Below, one piece after another: positions 9,068-18,026 of a stretch of DNA of 42,506 bases. The notes beneath the pieces are model-generated. The model was not told the origin of the DNA. It searched no databases and worked only from the letters and a program-made list of their open reading frames with translations. The DNA comes from Holosporales bacterium (GTDB lineage Bacteria > Pseudomonadota > Alphaproteobacteria > UBA3830 > JAIRMZ01), in NCBI GenBank assembly GCA_031279495.1, contig JAITIJ010000074.1, forward strand, positions 1 to 42,506. Reading direction: 5' to 3'. Position 1 is the first letter of the stretch; each line of letters begins with the position of its first letter. The translations under genes were made by a program, and so were the position numbers.

Positions 9068-10354
9068 TTATAATCTCATCAATGTATCTAGCATTTCGGA
9101 GATGGTGCCGATCACCTTGCTATTAGCTGCGTAGGCGTATTGGGTGGCAATCATGTCCGAAAGCTCTTTGGCAATGTCAGTTGTAGACGCCTCTTGAGCA
9201 CCAGGAAGGATTATACCTAGGCCATTTTGTTCTGGATTATTGATGATAAATTCTCCAGAATCTGCGTTGGCGAAGTACACACCATTGCTCTTTTCTGTTA
9301 GGCCGTTGAAATTTACGCAAGTAGCTAGCGGCAATTGATAAAGCTGATATAGGCTTCCATCTTTGAAGGTGAGCCCAACTTTTCCGTCTTGCTCAACGCT
9401 CCAATCGTAAACTTCCCGTATTCCACCGTCTTGAGTAGCGGTAGTTTGTTCTCCCGGTACAGTTGTGCTAGATGCTCGTATTTTGCTTAGATCTAGATTT
9501 ATTGTATCTACGGCGCCCTTGTTTTCCCATCTGACGCTGAGCTTTTGGATGGGAGCTGATTTAGCTCCTGCTGCTCCACCAGTTGCTCCGTCCACATACT
9601 TCCATGCTGGCTCATCTCCGCTGAGATCTAGATAACTCTCGGGAGCATCAACAGTAATTCCTGCAGAGGTGCTTGTTGCTAACGCGGGATCTCGAGCCAA
9701 TTTATCAACATCAACACTAACCAACCAACCTGGATTTTCGTTTCCGTCCGCATCGTCGGTGTACGTGTATGTTACAGTTAACGAATGCTCGTTCCCTTTG
9801 GCGTCGTAGAACTGTACGGCATCCTTAATTTCATCGTCGTTTGTTGGTTTTTCTGGCAATAGCGTTCCCAGGGTTATCTTGCTTGTTTCGATAGTAATGT
9901 CCGTGGGGATTTGCACAGATTCCAAATTGCTGGCATTAGGAGCTTCAGCACTCTTCCCAAGACGCTGTCCTTGCAGATAATATCCCGCATCGTTTACAAG
10001 ATGCCCGTCCTTATCTTGGCGAAAAGCCGCTGTCCGTACAGCTCCTAGAGGACTTTCTCTATTTGAACTAGACTTAACCAAGAAGAATCCATTTCCATCG
10101 ATCGCTAGATCTCCTTTGTTTTCTGTTATACGGATATTTCCTTGTTGTGCAATGTTCGTACGCGTTGAACTTGTAACGCCACATGCACCATTGCTTTTTC
10201 CTTTACCACTCAAAACCTGCGATTGAAACGTTGTCTCACGTGTTTTGTATCCAGGTGTTTCTGCGTTCGATATATTGCCAGAAATTGTTCTTATTTTTTT
10301 CGCCTGAACGCTCATTCCGTTTATAGCTGTTCCTAAACTTCCAAATAAAGACAT
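9068..10354 (-). CDS. flgE: Flagellar hook protein FlgE
   Basis: The N-terminus is MSLFGSLGTAINGMSVQAKKIRTISGNISNAETPGYK. The C-terminus is DIAKELSDMIATQYAYAANSKVIGTISEMLDTLMRL. These are conserved rod/hook terminal domains. The 428-aa size and a Thr/Asp-rich central domain fit the hook protein. GGAGAA lies upstream of the ATG. Confidence 0.85.
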   Translation of the reverse strand: MSLFGSLGTAINGMSVQAKKIRTISGNISNAETPGYKTRETTFQSQVLSGKGKSNGACGVTSSTRTNIAQQGNIRITENKGDLAIDGNGFFLVKSSSNRESPLGAVRTAAFRQDKDGHLVNDAGYYLQGQRLGKSAEAPNASNLESVQIPTDITIETSKITLGTLLPEKPTNDDEIKDAVQFYDAKGNEHSLTVTYTYTDDADGNENPGWLVSVDVDKLARDPALATSTSAGITVDAPESYLDLSGDEPAWKYVDGATGGAAGAKSAPIQKLSVRWENKGAVDTINLDLSKIRASSTTVPGEQTTATQDGGIREVYDWSVEQDGKVGLTFKDGSLYQLYQLPLATCVNFNGLTEKSNGVYFANADSGEFIINNPEQNGLGIILPGAQEASTTDIAKELSDMIATQYAYAANSKVIGTISEMLDTLMRL

Positions 10355-10467
10355 GATGTTTTCTCCATTTTTAAATACTCTTATTGTTGCTCAAAAGATG
10401 CTATATTCTATAGCGTTTTTCCCTTCGAGCTTTTTTACCTACTTCATCTAGGTTACCTTCAATAAAA

Positions 10468-10482
10468 GCAAGTAATATGCCA
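10468..10482 (-). promoter_or_regulatory. Candidate sigma-54 (-24/-12) promoter for flgE
   Basis: The minus strand reads TGGCAT-ATTAC-TTGC, against the consensus TGGCAC-N5-TTGC. That is one mismatch with correct GG/GC spacing. The -12 element is about 114 nt upstream of the flgE ATG. Hook genes are sigma-54 dependent in Caulobacter and relatives. Confidence 0.45.
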
Positions 10483-10684
10483 AAAAGAAGAATAATAGGA
10501 AATTTCATGGCGCATTGGTTATGGCACAAGAAAAACGCGACTTCCAATTATTTTGCTCACGCAGAAAATCGTGAGCGAAGATCCTTTATATTACCAAAAG
10601 AGAAGAATTTTCCTATCTTTTGTATTTGGTGGGGAAAAATTTGCCTACCTATTCTTTGCTCCGTAAAGGGGATAGCATGAGCAT

Positions 10685-11413
10685 ATGCTCCTGTGGTTGT
10701 ATGGAACGCATACAGTTCTTGCGGCGTTGAAAAACCCGCATCGCCAGATTAAGCGCATCGTATCAATTGTTGCTATAGAGAAATCTCCTTATCGAGAGCT
10801 CTTGGCTCCACACAAAGCGATAGTTGAGGTGCGTGATAAAGCGTGGTTTACCAGCACCTTTGGAAGTGGTGCGGTGCATCAGGGATTGTGTTTGCAGGTT
10901 GCTCCACTAAATATACTCAACTTCGATCATCTTTTAAAAGACGATAGTTTCAGCACTGTTCTTGTTCTTGATCAGCTTACAGATCCGCAAAATATTGGAG
11001 CAATATTACGTTCGGCGGTGGCTTTTGGCGTGCATGCTGTTATTGCGCCTGCGCGAGGGGGTCCAGAATTAACGCCCGCATTGTGCAAATGTGCCTGTGG
11101 AGCCTTAGAACATATTGCGGTTATCTACGTTCCCAATCTTGTGCAAGCGCTTGTGCTGCTAAAAAAAGCCGGCTATTGGTGTGTTGGTCTTGAGGAAGGC
11201 GGTACATGTTCGTTGTCGGAACTGCCGGAAGTTAAGAAGATCGCACTGATTGTCGGGGGGGAGGGCTCTGGCATGCGCCGTTTGACACGCGTTAACTGTG
11301 ACTTCCTTGTAAGATTGCCAACTGTTGAGTATTTCTCAACCCTTAACGCGGCACAAAGTGCCACTATAGTGTTGTATACGTTCTTTTGTAGGAGGGAAAA
11401 TAAAAAGGGATGA
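10685..11413 (+). CDS. rlmB: TrmH/SpoU-family RNA 2'-O-methyltransferase, RlmB-like
   Basis: The translation shows LYGTHTVLAALKN, DQLTDPQNIGAILRSAVAFGV, LIVGGEGSGMRRLT and STLNAAQSATIVLY. These are the SpoU methylase motifs 1-3, and the protein is 242 aa. Confidence 0.8.
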   Translation: MLLWLYGTHTVLAALKNPHRQIKRIVSIVAIEKSPYRELLAPHKAIVEVRDKAWFTSTFGSGAVHQGLCLQVAPLNILNFDHLLKDDSFSTVLVLDQLTDPQNIGAILRSAVAFGVHAVIAPARGGPELTPALCKCACGALEHIAVIYVPNLVQALVLLKKAGYWCVGLEEGGTCSLSELPEVKKIALIVGGEGSGMRRLTRVNCDFLVRLPTVEYFSTLNAAQSATIVLYTFFCRRENKKG

Positions 11414-12009
11414 CAAAAGAGATATTTCTATTTCTCGTTTCTTATTGTATTGGGTCTATCCCTTTTGGCATGGTGCTGGTGCATTTTTTTGGAGAAGGAG
11501 ACCTCAGGAAAATGGGATCCGGCAATATCGGCGCGACAAATGTCCTGCGCACTCAAGGGAAATGGCTTGGAGGACTTGCTTTCGTCTTGGATGCATTAAA
11601 GGGTGTTTTTGCCTGCGCTATAGTGACCAAACTTTCTGCTTGCGATTCTTTCCTTCCCTGGTTTGGATTGTGCGCTGTATTAGGGCATTGCTTCTCTTGC
11701 TTTCTAAAATTACGGGGAGGAAAAGGCGTTGCGACCGCCCTTGGTGTTTTTTTATTTTTGACTCCGCTTGTTGGGTTTCTTTCCGTCGTTATCTGGGGAC
11801 TTGTCTTTTACTTTTCTAGAATTTCTTCTTTATCGAGTCTTCTTAGTGTTGGATTTGCATCGATTCTTGTGTGGATTCTTCCTGCTACGCACAGCTCTTG
11901 CAAAACCGCATACAGCGGTATCATTCTGATTGTTGTCGTGAAGCATTGCGGCAATATCATGCGTTTGATACAAGGGACGGAACCGAAGTTTGCAAAGAAA
12001 TGCCCATAA
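11410..12009 (+). CDS. plsY: Glycerol-3-phosphate acyltransferase PlsY
   Basis: The translation shows YCIGSIPFG, GSGNIGATNVLR, DALKG and GHCFSCFLKLRGGKGVATALGV, with a multi-TM profile. Its ATG overlaps the rlmB stop (ATGA). Confidence 0.94.
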   Translation: MTKEIFLFLVSYCIGSIPFGMVLVHFFGEGDLRKMGSGNIGATNVLRTQGKWLGGLAFVLDALKGVFACAIVTKLSACDSFLPWFGLCAVLGHCFSCFLKLRGGKGVATALGVFLFLTPLVGFLSVVIWGLVFYFSRISSLSSLLSVGFASILVWILPATHSSCKTAYSGIILIVVVKHCGNIMRLIQGTEPKFAKKCP

Positions 12010-13136
12010 ATTTTAGCGATGAAGAGCGACTTGCAACGCTGCGTCTTATTCGGAGTGCACGTGTAGGTACAAACACATTCTGGACATTACTGCGTCTTTA
12101 TGGAACCGCGCAAAGAGCTCTTGAGGCCCTACCAGGAATGGCGCGACGCGGAGGTGCGACCAAATATGAAGTGTGTTCCTTGGCCGCAGCGGAAACAGAA
12201 TGGAAAGAATTGCGTCGTTTAGGTGGCCGATTCTTGTTTTGGAAAGATGCAGATTTCCCTTCTTATTTGAAAGGCATGTCTGATCGGCCGCCTGTACTAG
12301 CGACGTTGGGAAACGCTTTTGCATTGGAATCTTTTACCTCGAGGGTGGTTCTTGCTATCGTTGGAGCACGCAATGCCTCTTTAAATGGTCAGAAATTTGC
12401 TGCTTCGCTTGCGGAAGAACTCGGAAAGCGCAAATTCCTTATTGTTTCTGGGCTGGCGCGCGGTATTGATGCAGAAGCGCACAGAGGAAGCCTAAAAACT
12501 GGAACATGCGCTATCTTGGCAGGTGGTGTCGATATCGTCTATCCGCCGGAAAATACTCTTCTGTACGAACAAATAAAAAAAGAGGGTGTTCTTTTGTCAG
12601 AAATGCCCCTCGGACAAGCGCCTCAATCCTCTCTTTTCCCTAAGCGCAATCGCGTTATCGCGGGTATCAGCATTGGCGTCATTGTCATCGAGGCAGCACT
12701 CCGTTCAGGGTCGCTCATTACGGCAAATTTTGCCCTTGAATATGGACGCGAGATCTTTGCGGTACCTGGATCGCCGTTTGATCCGCGTTGTCGTGGAACA
12801 AACGCACTACTGAAGAAAGGCGCGACACTCGTGGAAAACGTTGAGGATGTCGTGCAAGCCTTCGATCTATTTTCTGCCCCTGTTGCACAAACAACAACAC
12901 CCGCAGAAAACGTACCGCTTGAACCTGTCTCAGATGATCTTGTCAAAAAAGCGCGTATGCAGATGCTATCGCTTCTTTCAGCGGCTCCAACGAAAGTAGA
13001 CGCTCTGATAGAGGCAATGCCGTATCCTATATCGGCTGTTCTAACAGCGCTTGTAGAGCTTGAAGTTGCGGGGCAGATCAGCTACACAACGGGGCAATGC
13101 GTCTATCTGAATGCGCAAGCGTTTTCCGAAGAGTAG
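12000..13136 (+). CDS. dprA: DNA-processing protein DprA
   Basis: The translation shows SGLARGIDAEAHRGSL, RNRVIAGISIGVIVIEAALRSGSLITA and AVPGSPFD. The track ORF starts at 11871, inside plsY. The ATG at 12000 (MPINFSDEERLATLRL) gives a normal N-terminus and a 10-nt overlap with plsY. Confidence 0.9.
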   Translation: MPINFSDEERLATLRLIRSARVGTNTFWTLLRLYGTAQRALEALPGMARRGGATKYEVCSLAAAETEWKELRRLGGRFLFWKDADFPSYLKGMSDRPPVLATLGNAFALESFTSRVVLAIVGARNASLNGQKFAASLAEELGKRKFLIVSGLARGIDAEAHRGSLKTGTCAILAGGVDIVYPPENTLLYEQIKKEGVLLSEMPLGQAPQSSLFPKRNRVIAGISIGVIVIEAALRSGSLITANFALEYGREIFAVPGSPFDPRCRGTNALLKKGATLVENVEDVVQAFDLFSAPVAQTTTPAENVPLEPVSDDLVKKARMQMLSLLSAAPTKVDALIEAMPYPISAVLTALVELEVAGQISYTTGQCVYLNAQAFSEE

Positions 13137-13142
13137 TGCTCT

Positions 13143-15563
13143 ATGAAGCTTGTTCTTGTTGAATCTCCCGCGAAAGCTAAAACAATCGGCAAATATCTAG
13201 GTGAAGAGTATCAAGTTCTCGCGACTTATGGACATGTGCGCGATCTGCCTTCTAAAGAAGGAAGCGTCGAGCCCGAGAATGGTTTCGCGTTTCATTGGGA
13301 GCTTGAAGCGCGTGGTGCGCGTCAGATGAAAGAAATCTCTCGTGCCTTACAAGGTAAAGAGCAATTGTTGCTCGCTACCGATCCTGACAGGGAAGGGGAA
13401 GCAATCGCCTGGCATGTGGAAGAGGTGCTTCGAAAAAGAAAGGCGTTGCAGGGAATTGATGTCCAGCGTGTTGTTTTTCATGCAGTTACAAAATCTGCTC
13501 TTTCGGAAGCGCTGCAACATCCTCGGAAAATCAGCACTTCTCTTGTTGAGGCCTATTTAGCACGTCGTGCTTTGGATTACCTTGTTGGTTTTAATTTATC
13601 TCCTGTTTTGTGGCGTAAATTACCCGGAAGCCGTTCTGCGGGTCGGGTGCAGTCAGTAGCGTTACGCTTAGTTGTAGATCGCGAGATAGAGATCGAAAAG
13701 TTCGACAGTCAGGAATTCTGGTCGATTACCGGTATGTTTTCAACTCCTGACGATAAGCCTTTTGAGGCAAAGTTGTTTGCAATAGGAGGAGAAAAACTCG
13801 ACAAATTTGCGATAAAAAATCAGCAAGAAGTGGACGATGTTTTGCAACGTCTGCGGGCGGCTTCCTCTTCTTTTGTTGTGACTTCGCTTGAAAAAAAGCG
13901 TGTCAAACGGCATCCTTATGCCCCTTTCCTTACATCTACGTTGCAACAAGAGGCATCGCGAAAATTGGGGTTTTCGGTGCGTAAGACGATGCAGGTTGCG
14001 CAGAATTTATATGAAGGCATGGATATCGATGGCGATTCTGCTGGCTTGATTACGTACATGCGTACGGACAGCGTGTCCGTTGTGCCGGAAGCGGTGCAAA
14101 CAGCACGTAAGTTGATCGCAGACACTTTTGGAGCCTCTTATGTACCGGAATCACCACGTGTTTTCCAAAACAAAGTGAAGAACGCGCAAGAGGCACACGA
14201 GGCCATTCGTCCAACAGATCTCACGCGCACACCAGAAAAGCTTGGAGCGAGATTACCAGCAGATCATCGTGCCTTGTATGCTTTGATTTGGAGGCGCATG
14301 GTGGCATCTCAAATGGCGGCGGCTGTGTTCGATCAGACCAGTATCGATTTGGAAAACGATGGGTTTACTTTCCATGCCACAGGATCTACTCAAGTATTCG
14401 ATGGATTTTTGCGACTTTATGAGGAAACTCGTGATGAGCCGCAAGAGGTGAATGCCATTTTGCCCCCTCTTAAGGAAGGGGAAAAAGCTACGTTGCGTAA
14501 TCTCGTACCAGCGCAGCATTTTACACAGCCTCCGCCCCGATTTACCGAAGCTAGTCTTGTAAAGAAGCTAGAGGAACTGGGGATCGGGCGCCCATCGACC
14601 TATGCAAGCATTTTGCAAGTACTGCGCGATCGTGGCTACGTACGCACTGAGAAAAAAGTGTTCTTTCCAGAAGAGCGCGGTCGTCTTGTTACAACCTTTC
14701 TGACAAACTTTTTCAAGACATATGTGGAGTACACTTTTACTGCAGACTTAGAGCAGAAATTAGACGACATTTCTAATGCGCGTCTACCGTGGAAGGATGT
14801 GCTAACACAGTTTTGGACTGGATTTAAGAGTACTGTCGATACGGCAATGACGCTTTCGATGGCAGAAGTTATTGAAAAACTGAATCAAGAACTGGAAGAT
14901 CACCTTTTCAAAAAAAACGATGCAACTGAAGAGTTGCGCCAATGCCCCGCTTGCAAAGAAGGACAGCTCAGCCTAAAGCCCGGAAAATTCGGAGCATTTA
15001 TTGGATGCTCAGCTTATCCAGCATGTCGGTACACACGCCGTCTAGAGGAATCCGTTTCCTCGGAAGAAGTCCCATCTGCTCAGGGAGTAGGCCCAAAAAT
15101 TCTAGGACAAGATCCATCGGGAGAGACAATTACGTTGCGTACAGGGCGCTTTGGTCCTTATTTGCAACGTGGTGATAATTTGCCACAAAAACCTGTGGCA
15201 CGACGGACAAAAAAGAAAGCGGAAGAAGAACAGGCCCTAGCAGCAGTACCAGCGGCACAAGAAGAGCAAGTCCGCACGCGCGTTTCGATTCCTCGAGGGC
15301 TTGATCCCGACCGCATTACATTGGAACAGGCTGTTGTGCTCCTTTCTTTGCCAAGAAATCTGGGAACTTGCCCAAAAACAGAGACCTCTGTGACAGTAGA
15401 GCGTGGGCGCTTTGGCCCCTTTGTTCGCCGCGGGCCTCAGTGCCTTTCCCTTAAGAAACCAGAGGAAATATTTTCTTTGAATCTACAAGAAGCCATTGCA
15501 CGCCTTGATACAGCTTCTAATACAGAAACACCGAGAAAACGTCGTATCGCACGCCGCGCATAA
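13143..15563 (+). CDS. topA: DNA topoisomerase I
   Basis: The TOPRIM N-terminus is MKLVLVESPAKAKTIGKYLG, with DPDREGEAIAWH. The active-site Tyr context is ITYMRTDS. The C-terminal Zn-ribbon is CPACKEGQL...GCSAYPACRY. The protein is 806 aa. Confidence 0.97.
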   Translation: MKLVLVESPAKAKTIGKYLGEEYQVLATYGHVRDLPSKEGSVEPENGFAFHWELEARGARQMKEISRALQGKEQLLLATDPDREGEAIAWHVEEVLRKRKALQGIDVQRVVFHAVTKSALSEALQHPRKISTSLVEAYLARRALDYLVGFNLSPVLWRKLPGSRSAGRVQSVALRLVVDREIEIEKFDSQEFWSITGMFSTPDDKPFEAKLFAIGGEKLDKFAIKNQQEVDDVLQRLRAASSSFVVTSLEKKRVKRHPYAPFLTSTLQQEASRKLGFSVRKTMQVAQNLYEGMDIDGDSAGLITYMRTDSVSVVPEAVQTARKLIADTFGASYVPESPRVFQNKVKNAQEAHEAIRPTDLTRTPEKLGARLPADHRALYALIWRRMVASQMAAAVFDQTSIDLENDGFTFHATGSTQVFDGFLRLYEETRDEPQEVNAILPPLKEGEKATLRNLVPAQHFTQPPPRFTEASLVKKLEELGIGRPSTYASILQVLRDRGYVRTEKKVFFPEERGRLVTTFLTNFFKTYVEYTFTADLEQKLDDISNARLPWKDVLTQFWTGFKSTVDTAMTLSMAEVIEKLNQELEDHLFKKNDATEELRQCPACKEGQLSLKPGKFGAFIGCSAYPACRYTRRLEESVSSEEVPSAQGVGPKILGQDPSGETITLRTGRFGPYLQRGDNLPQKPVARRTKKKAEEEQALAAVPAAQEEQVRTRVSIPRGLDPDRITLEQAVVLLSLPRNLGTCPKTETSVTVERGRFGPFVRRGPQCLSLKKPEEIFSLNLQEAIARLDTASNTETPRKRRIARRA

Positions 15564-15575
15564 TATTACTTGCCC

Positions 15576-15974
15576 CTAAGACGGTTTCTCTTCTTTAAAA
15601 AAACTTGCGACAAGAGCAATGATCCACAAAACACCGCAGATGCGTGCACACAAGCGGTTCAATTCAGTGATTTTAAGTAGTATCGAACCAATCTTAGAGC
15701 ACACAATAACGACGCCACACCACCTCTTCCATTTCACTCCGTGTTTAATTAGATAAAATCCTCTCCAAAGAATAAGGAAAACGATACTAACTATAATCAG
15801 AAAACAACCACAAACGATTATCCACGCCTCCCAAACAGATATTTGCGCTAGCGCCTTTTTCAGAGGTGCAGACTGTACACAAAAAATAAGAAAAAGGATG
15901 ACTGAGATAAGTAACGCCTCTAAGGCAGGTGAAACTTTAAGGTGTGTGATAAATTTTTGGAAAAGCACTTTCAT
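15576..15974 (-). CDS. Hypothetical small integral membrane protein (about 4 TM helices)
   Basis: The 132-aa ORF has four hydrophobic segments, no family I recognise and no strong SD. It lies 112 nt downstream of waaA in the same orientation. Confidence 0.5.
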   Translation of the reverse strand: MKVLFQKFITHLKVSPALEALLISVILFLIFCVQSAPLKKALAQISVWEAWIIVCGCFLIIVSIVFLILWRGFYLIKHGVKWKRWCGVVIVCSKIGSILLKITELNRLCARICGVLWIIALVASFFKEEKPS

Positions 15975-16086
15975 CTTGAATATACCAAAACCGTTACATG
16001 ACCAGAAGGCAACGAAAAACTGTATATGATAAATCGTTAACCCTTTATTGAGGTGTTACTAGAAGCTGTTGTCCAACAGAATAGAA

Positions 16087-17358
16087 TCAATTCTGCTTCA
16101 AATGCTGAAAATGCGGTGTAGCAAAGGTGTCAAAGGCCTTAAGAACATGCCGTTGGGTGCTTGCCAGATCCTTTGCCGCCGCTTTTAAAGCAGCACAACG
16201 CTTAGGGTGTTCTAGCAAGTCCTTTACTACGGACGCCATTGCTGTTGCATCGTTAACTTGTATGGCAGCTGCATGCTGACGGAAAAGAGCTGCTATCTCT
16301 TGGCATTTTTCCATATGGGGACCATGGAGGATTGCGCACTCCAACTGCGCTGGTTCTATCAAGTTATGCCCTCCAACGGGGACAAAAGAGCCGCCGACAA
16401 AGACAATGTCTGCTAAATGATAAAGCGTTCCTAGCTCTCCGAAAGAGTCTACGATATAGAATTCCTGCCAAGGCTCTGGCAAAGTTCCCGAGGAGCGTTG
16501 CGCAACGTTCTCTCTCTTCAATTTCCGCATCAGATCGATAGTATGCTTAGGATGACGTGGAACAAAAATAGTCAAAAGAGAGGGAAAGGAGGCTTTTAAG
16601 CGTTTGTGGGCTGAGAGAACGATCTCTTCTTCTCCGGGATGAAGGCTGGCCGCCACCCAAAGAGGTCGTCCCGCTGTTTTCTCTTGAAGAAGAAGCAGAA
16701 GTGATTCATCGCACGGTAACGCAGAAGCTGCATACTTAAGGTTGCCAGAAAAAGTGACGTTTTCCGCACCAAGAGCGCGAAAAAACGTGGCATCTTGCGC
16801 AGATTGCGCGAGTATTCCAGAGAAACAGCTCCATAGCCACCTTCTCGATGACTCAGGCACATATTTCCAACGCGTAAAGCTTTTCTCTGAAAGACGTGCA
16901 TTCACAAGAAGCGTAGGAAGACTTCTATAGCGCAACGCAAAAAGCATCATAGGCCAGAGTTCGGATTCCAAGAATATTGCGATATTTGGACTCCACCGTC
17001 GCAAGAAAGCCCAAACACACAAAGGGTGATCGAGAGGAAAAAAGCAATGAAAGCCCCTCTTTCTAAGTATAGGATGCGTACGAAAATATTGACACACCAG
17101 TTTTGCAGAAGAGACCGTTTGCGTTGTAAGCAATACATTTCCACATGGAAAAGCGCCAATACATAGGTGATCAAGAAGCATCAGAGCAGTAAAAACTTCG
17201 CCAATGCTGGCAGCGTGGACCCACAAAAGAGGACCGTTTGGTCGAGTTCTTTGCTTGCTAAATCCAATGCGAGAATATCTGTATCTATTATATCCTAATG
17301 AATACGGTAGCACTATCGGCGAAAGAAGAATCAAGAGAAGCCGATAGAATTGCCACAT
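16087..17358 (-). CDS. waaA: 3-deoxy-D-manno-octulosonic acid (Kdo) transferase
   Basis: The translation shows GPLLWVHAASIGEV, then the glycosyltransferase body, then GGSFVPVGGHNLIEPA. These are the KdtA/WaaA signature blocks, and the protein is 423 aa. Confidence 0.94.
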   Translation of the reverse strand: MWQFYRLLLILLSPIVLPYSLGYNRYRYSRIGFSKQRTRPNGPLLWVHAASIGEVFTALMLLDHLCIGAFPCGNVLLTTQTVSSAKLVCQYFRTHPILRKRGFHCFFPLDHPLCVWAFLRRWSPNIAIFLESELWPMMLFALRYRSLPTLLVNARLSEKSFTRWKYVPESSRRWLWSCFSGILAQSAQDATFFRALGAENVTFSGNLKYAASALPCDESLLLLLQEKTAGRPLWVAASLHPGEEEIVLSAHKRLKASFPSLLTIFVPRHPKHTIDLMRKLKRENVAQRSSGTLPEPWQEFYIVDSFGELGTLYHLADIVFVGGSFVPVGGHNLIEPAQLECAILHGPHMEKCQEIAALFRQHAAAIQVNDATAMASVVKDLLEHPKRCAALKAAAKDLASTQRHVLKAFDTFATPHFQHLKQN

Positions 17359-18023
17359 TATTGCACTTTTTTATCGATGGTCTCTGAGAAAGTACGCAAG
17401 CGTGCCTCGATGTGCTGTCGCGCTTCCTCTGGTGTTTGATTGACGAGAGAGGTGTGCGTAATAGGCTCTCCCCATGCGAATAGACCACGCGTAAAAGGCC
17501 ACGCAATACGAAGCATATCCCACGATCTTAGAGCTCTATATCGTCTTGCTGCATAAGTAAATGGCAGAATATCCGCTTTTGCCAATCGTGCTAACACCTC
17601 TATTCCTGCACGAACTTCGTATCGCGGGCCACGTGGACCGTCGGGTGTAATGCCAACAGATTTTCCTTCTCGTAGCAAACGGATCATTTTCATCAATGCT
17701 GTTGTTCCATTCTGAGATGGTGATCCTCGAACGGATCCTATGCCGAAAAAACTAACAATCGAAGAAATGAGTTGAGCATCAGGATGCAACGAAATCAAGA
17801 CAAACAAGGGCTTATCCCAAACCCAAGCACAAGGAGCCATGACCAGTCGGTTATGCCAAAAACAGATAATGAAAGGACGTCCTTGTCGATGGTAACTCTC
17901 TGGAATATCTTGCCTAAGAATAGACCAGCGGCCTGTAATAAACACGAAGCGGATCCACCACGACAAAATGCGTGCTACGCCTCTTTTCAAGCAACATGCA
18001 CGCAAAAAGTCTTCAAAGGCCAC
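17358..18023 (-). CDS. DUF374-family (lysophospholipid acyltransferase-like) protein
   Basis: The translation shows FIICFWHNRL, SLHPDAQLIS and GKSVGITPDGPRGPRYEV. It sits between msbA and waaA, as is usual for DUF374 in alphaproteobacteria. It has a GTG start and a 1-nt overlap with the waaA start. Confidence 0.8.
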   Translation of the reverse strand: MAFEDFLRACCLKRGVARILSWWIRFVFITGRWSILRQDIPESYHRQGRPFIICFWHNRLVMAPCAWVWDKPLFVLISLHPDAQLISSIVSFFGIGSVRGSPSQNGTTALMKMIRLLREGKSVGITPDGPRGPRYEVRAGIEVLARLAKADILPFTYAARRYRALRSWDMLRIAWPFTRGLFAWGEPITHTSLVNQTPEEARQHIEARLRTFSETIDKKVQ

Positions 18024-18026
18024 AGA

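Noticed and set aside
10477-10680. 67-aa ORF between flgE and rlmB
   Set aside because: It has no SD and no motifs. It occupies the divergent promoter region, and its ATG overlaps the candidate sigma-54 -24 element.
11871-11999. N-terminal 43 codons of the dprA track ORF, and ORF 11445..11819
   Set aside because: Both lie out of frame within the well-supported plsY gene. dprA homology begins only after the ATG at 12000.
15828-15836. DnaA-box-like TTATCCACG (also TGTGGATAC at about 22143)
   Set aside because: These are single 8/9 matches inside coding sequences. They are not clustered and have no adjacent AT-rich unwinding region.
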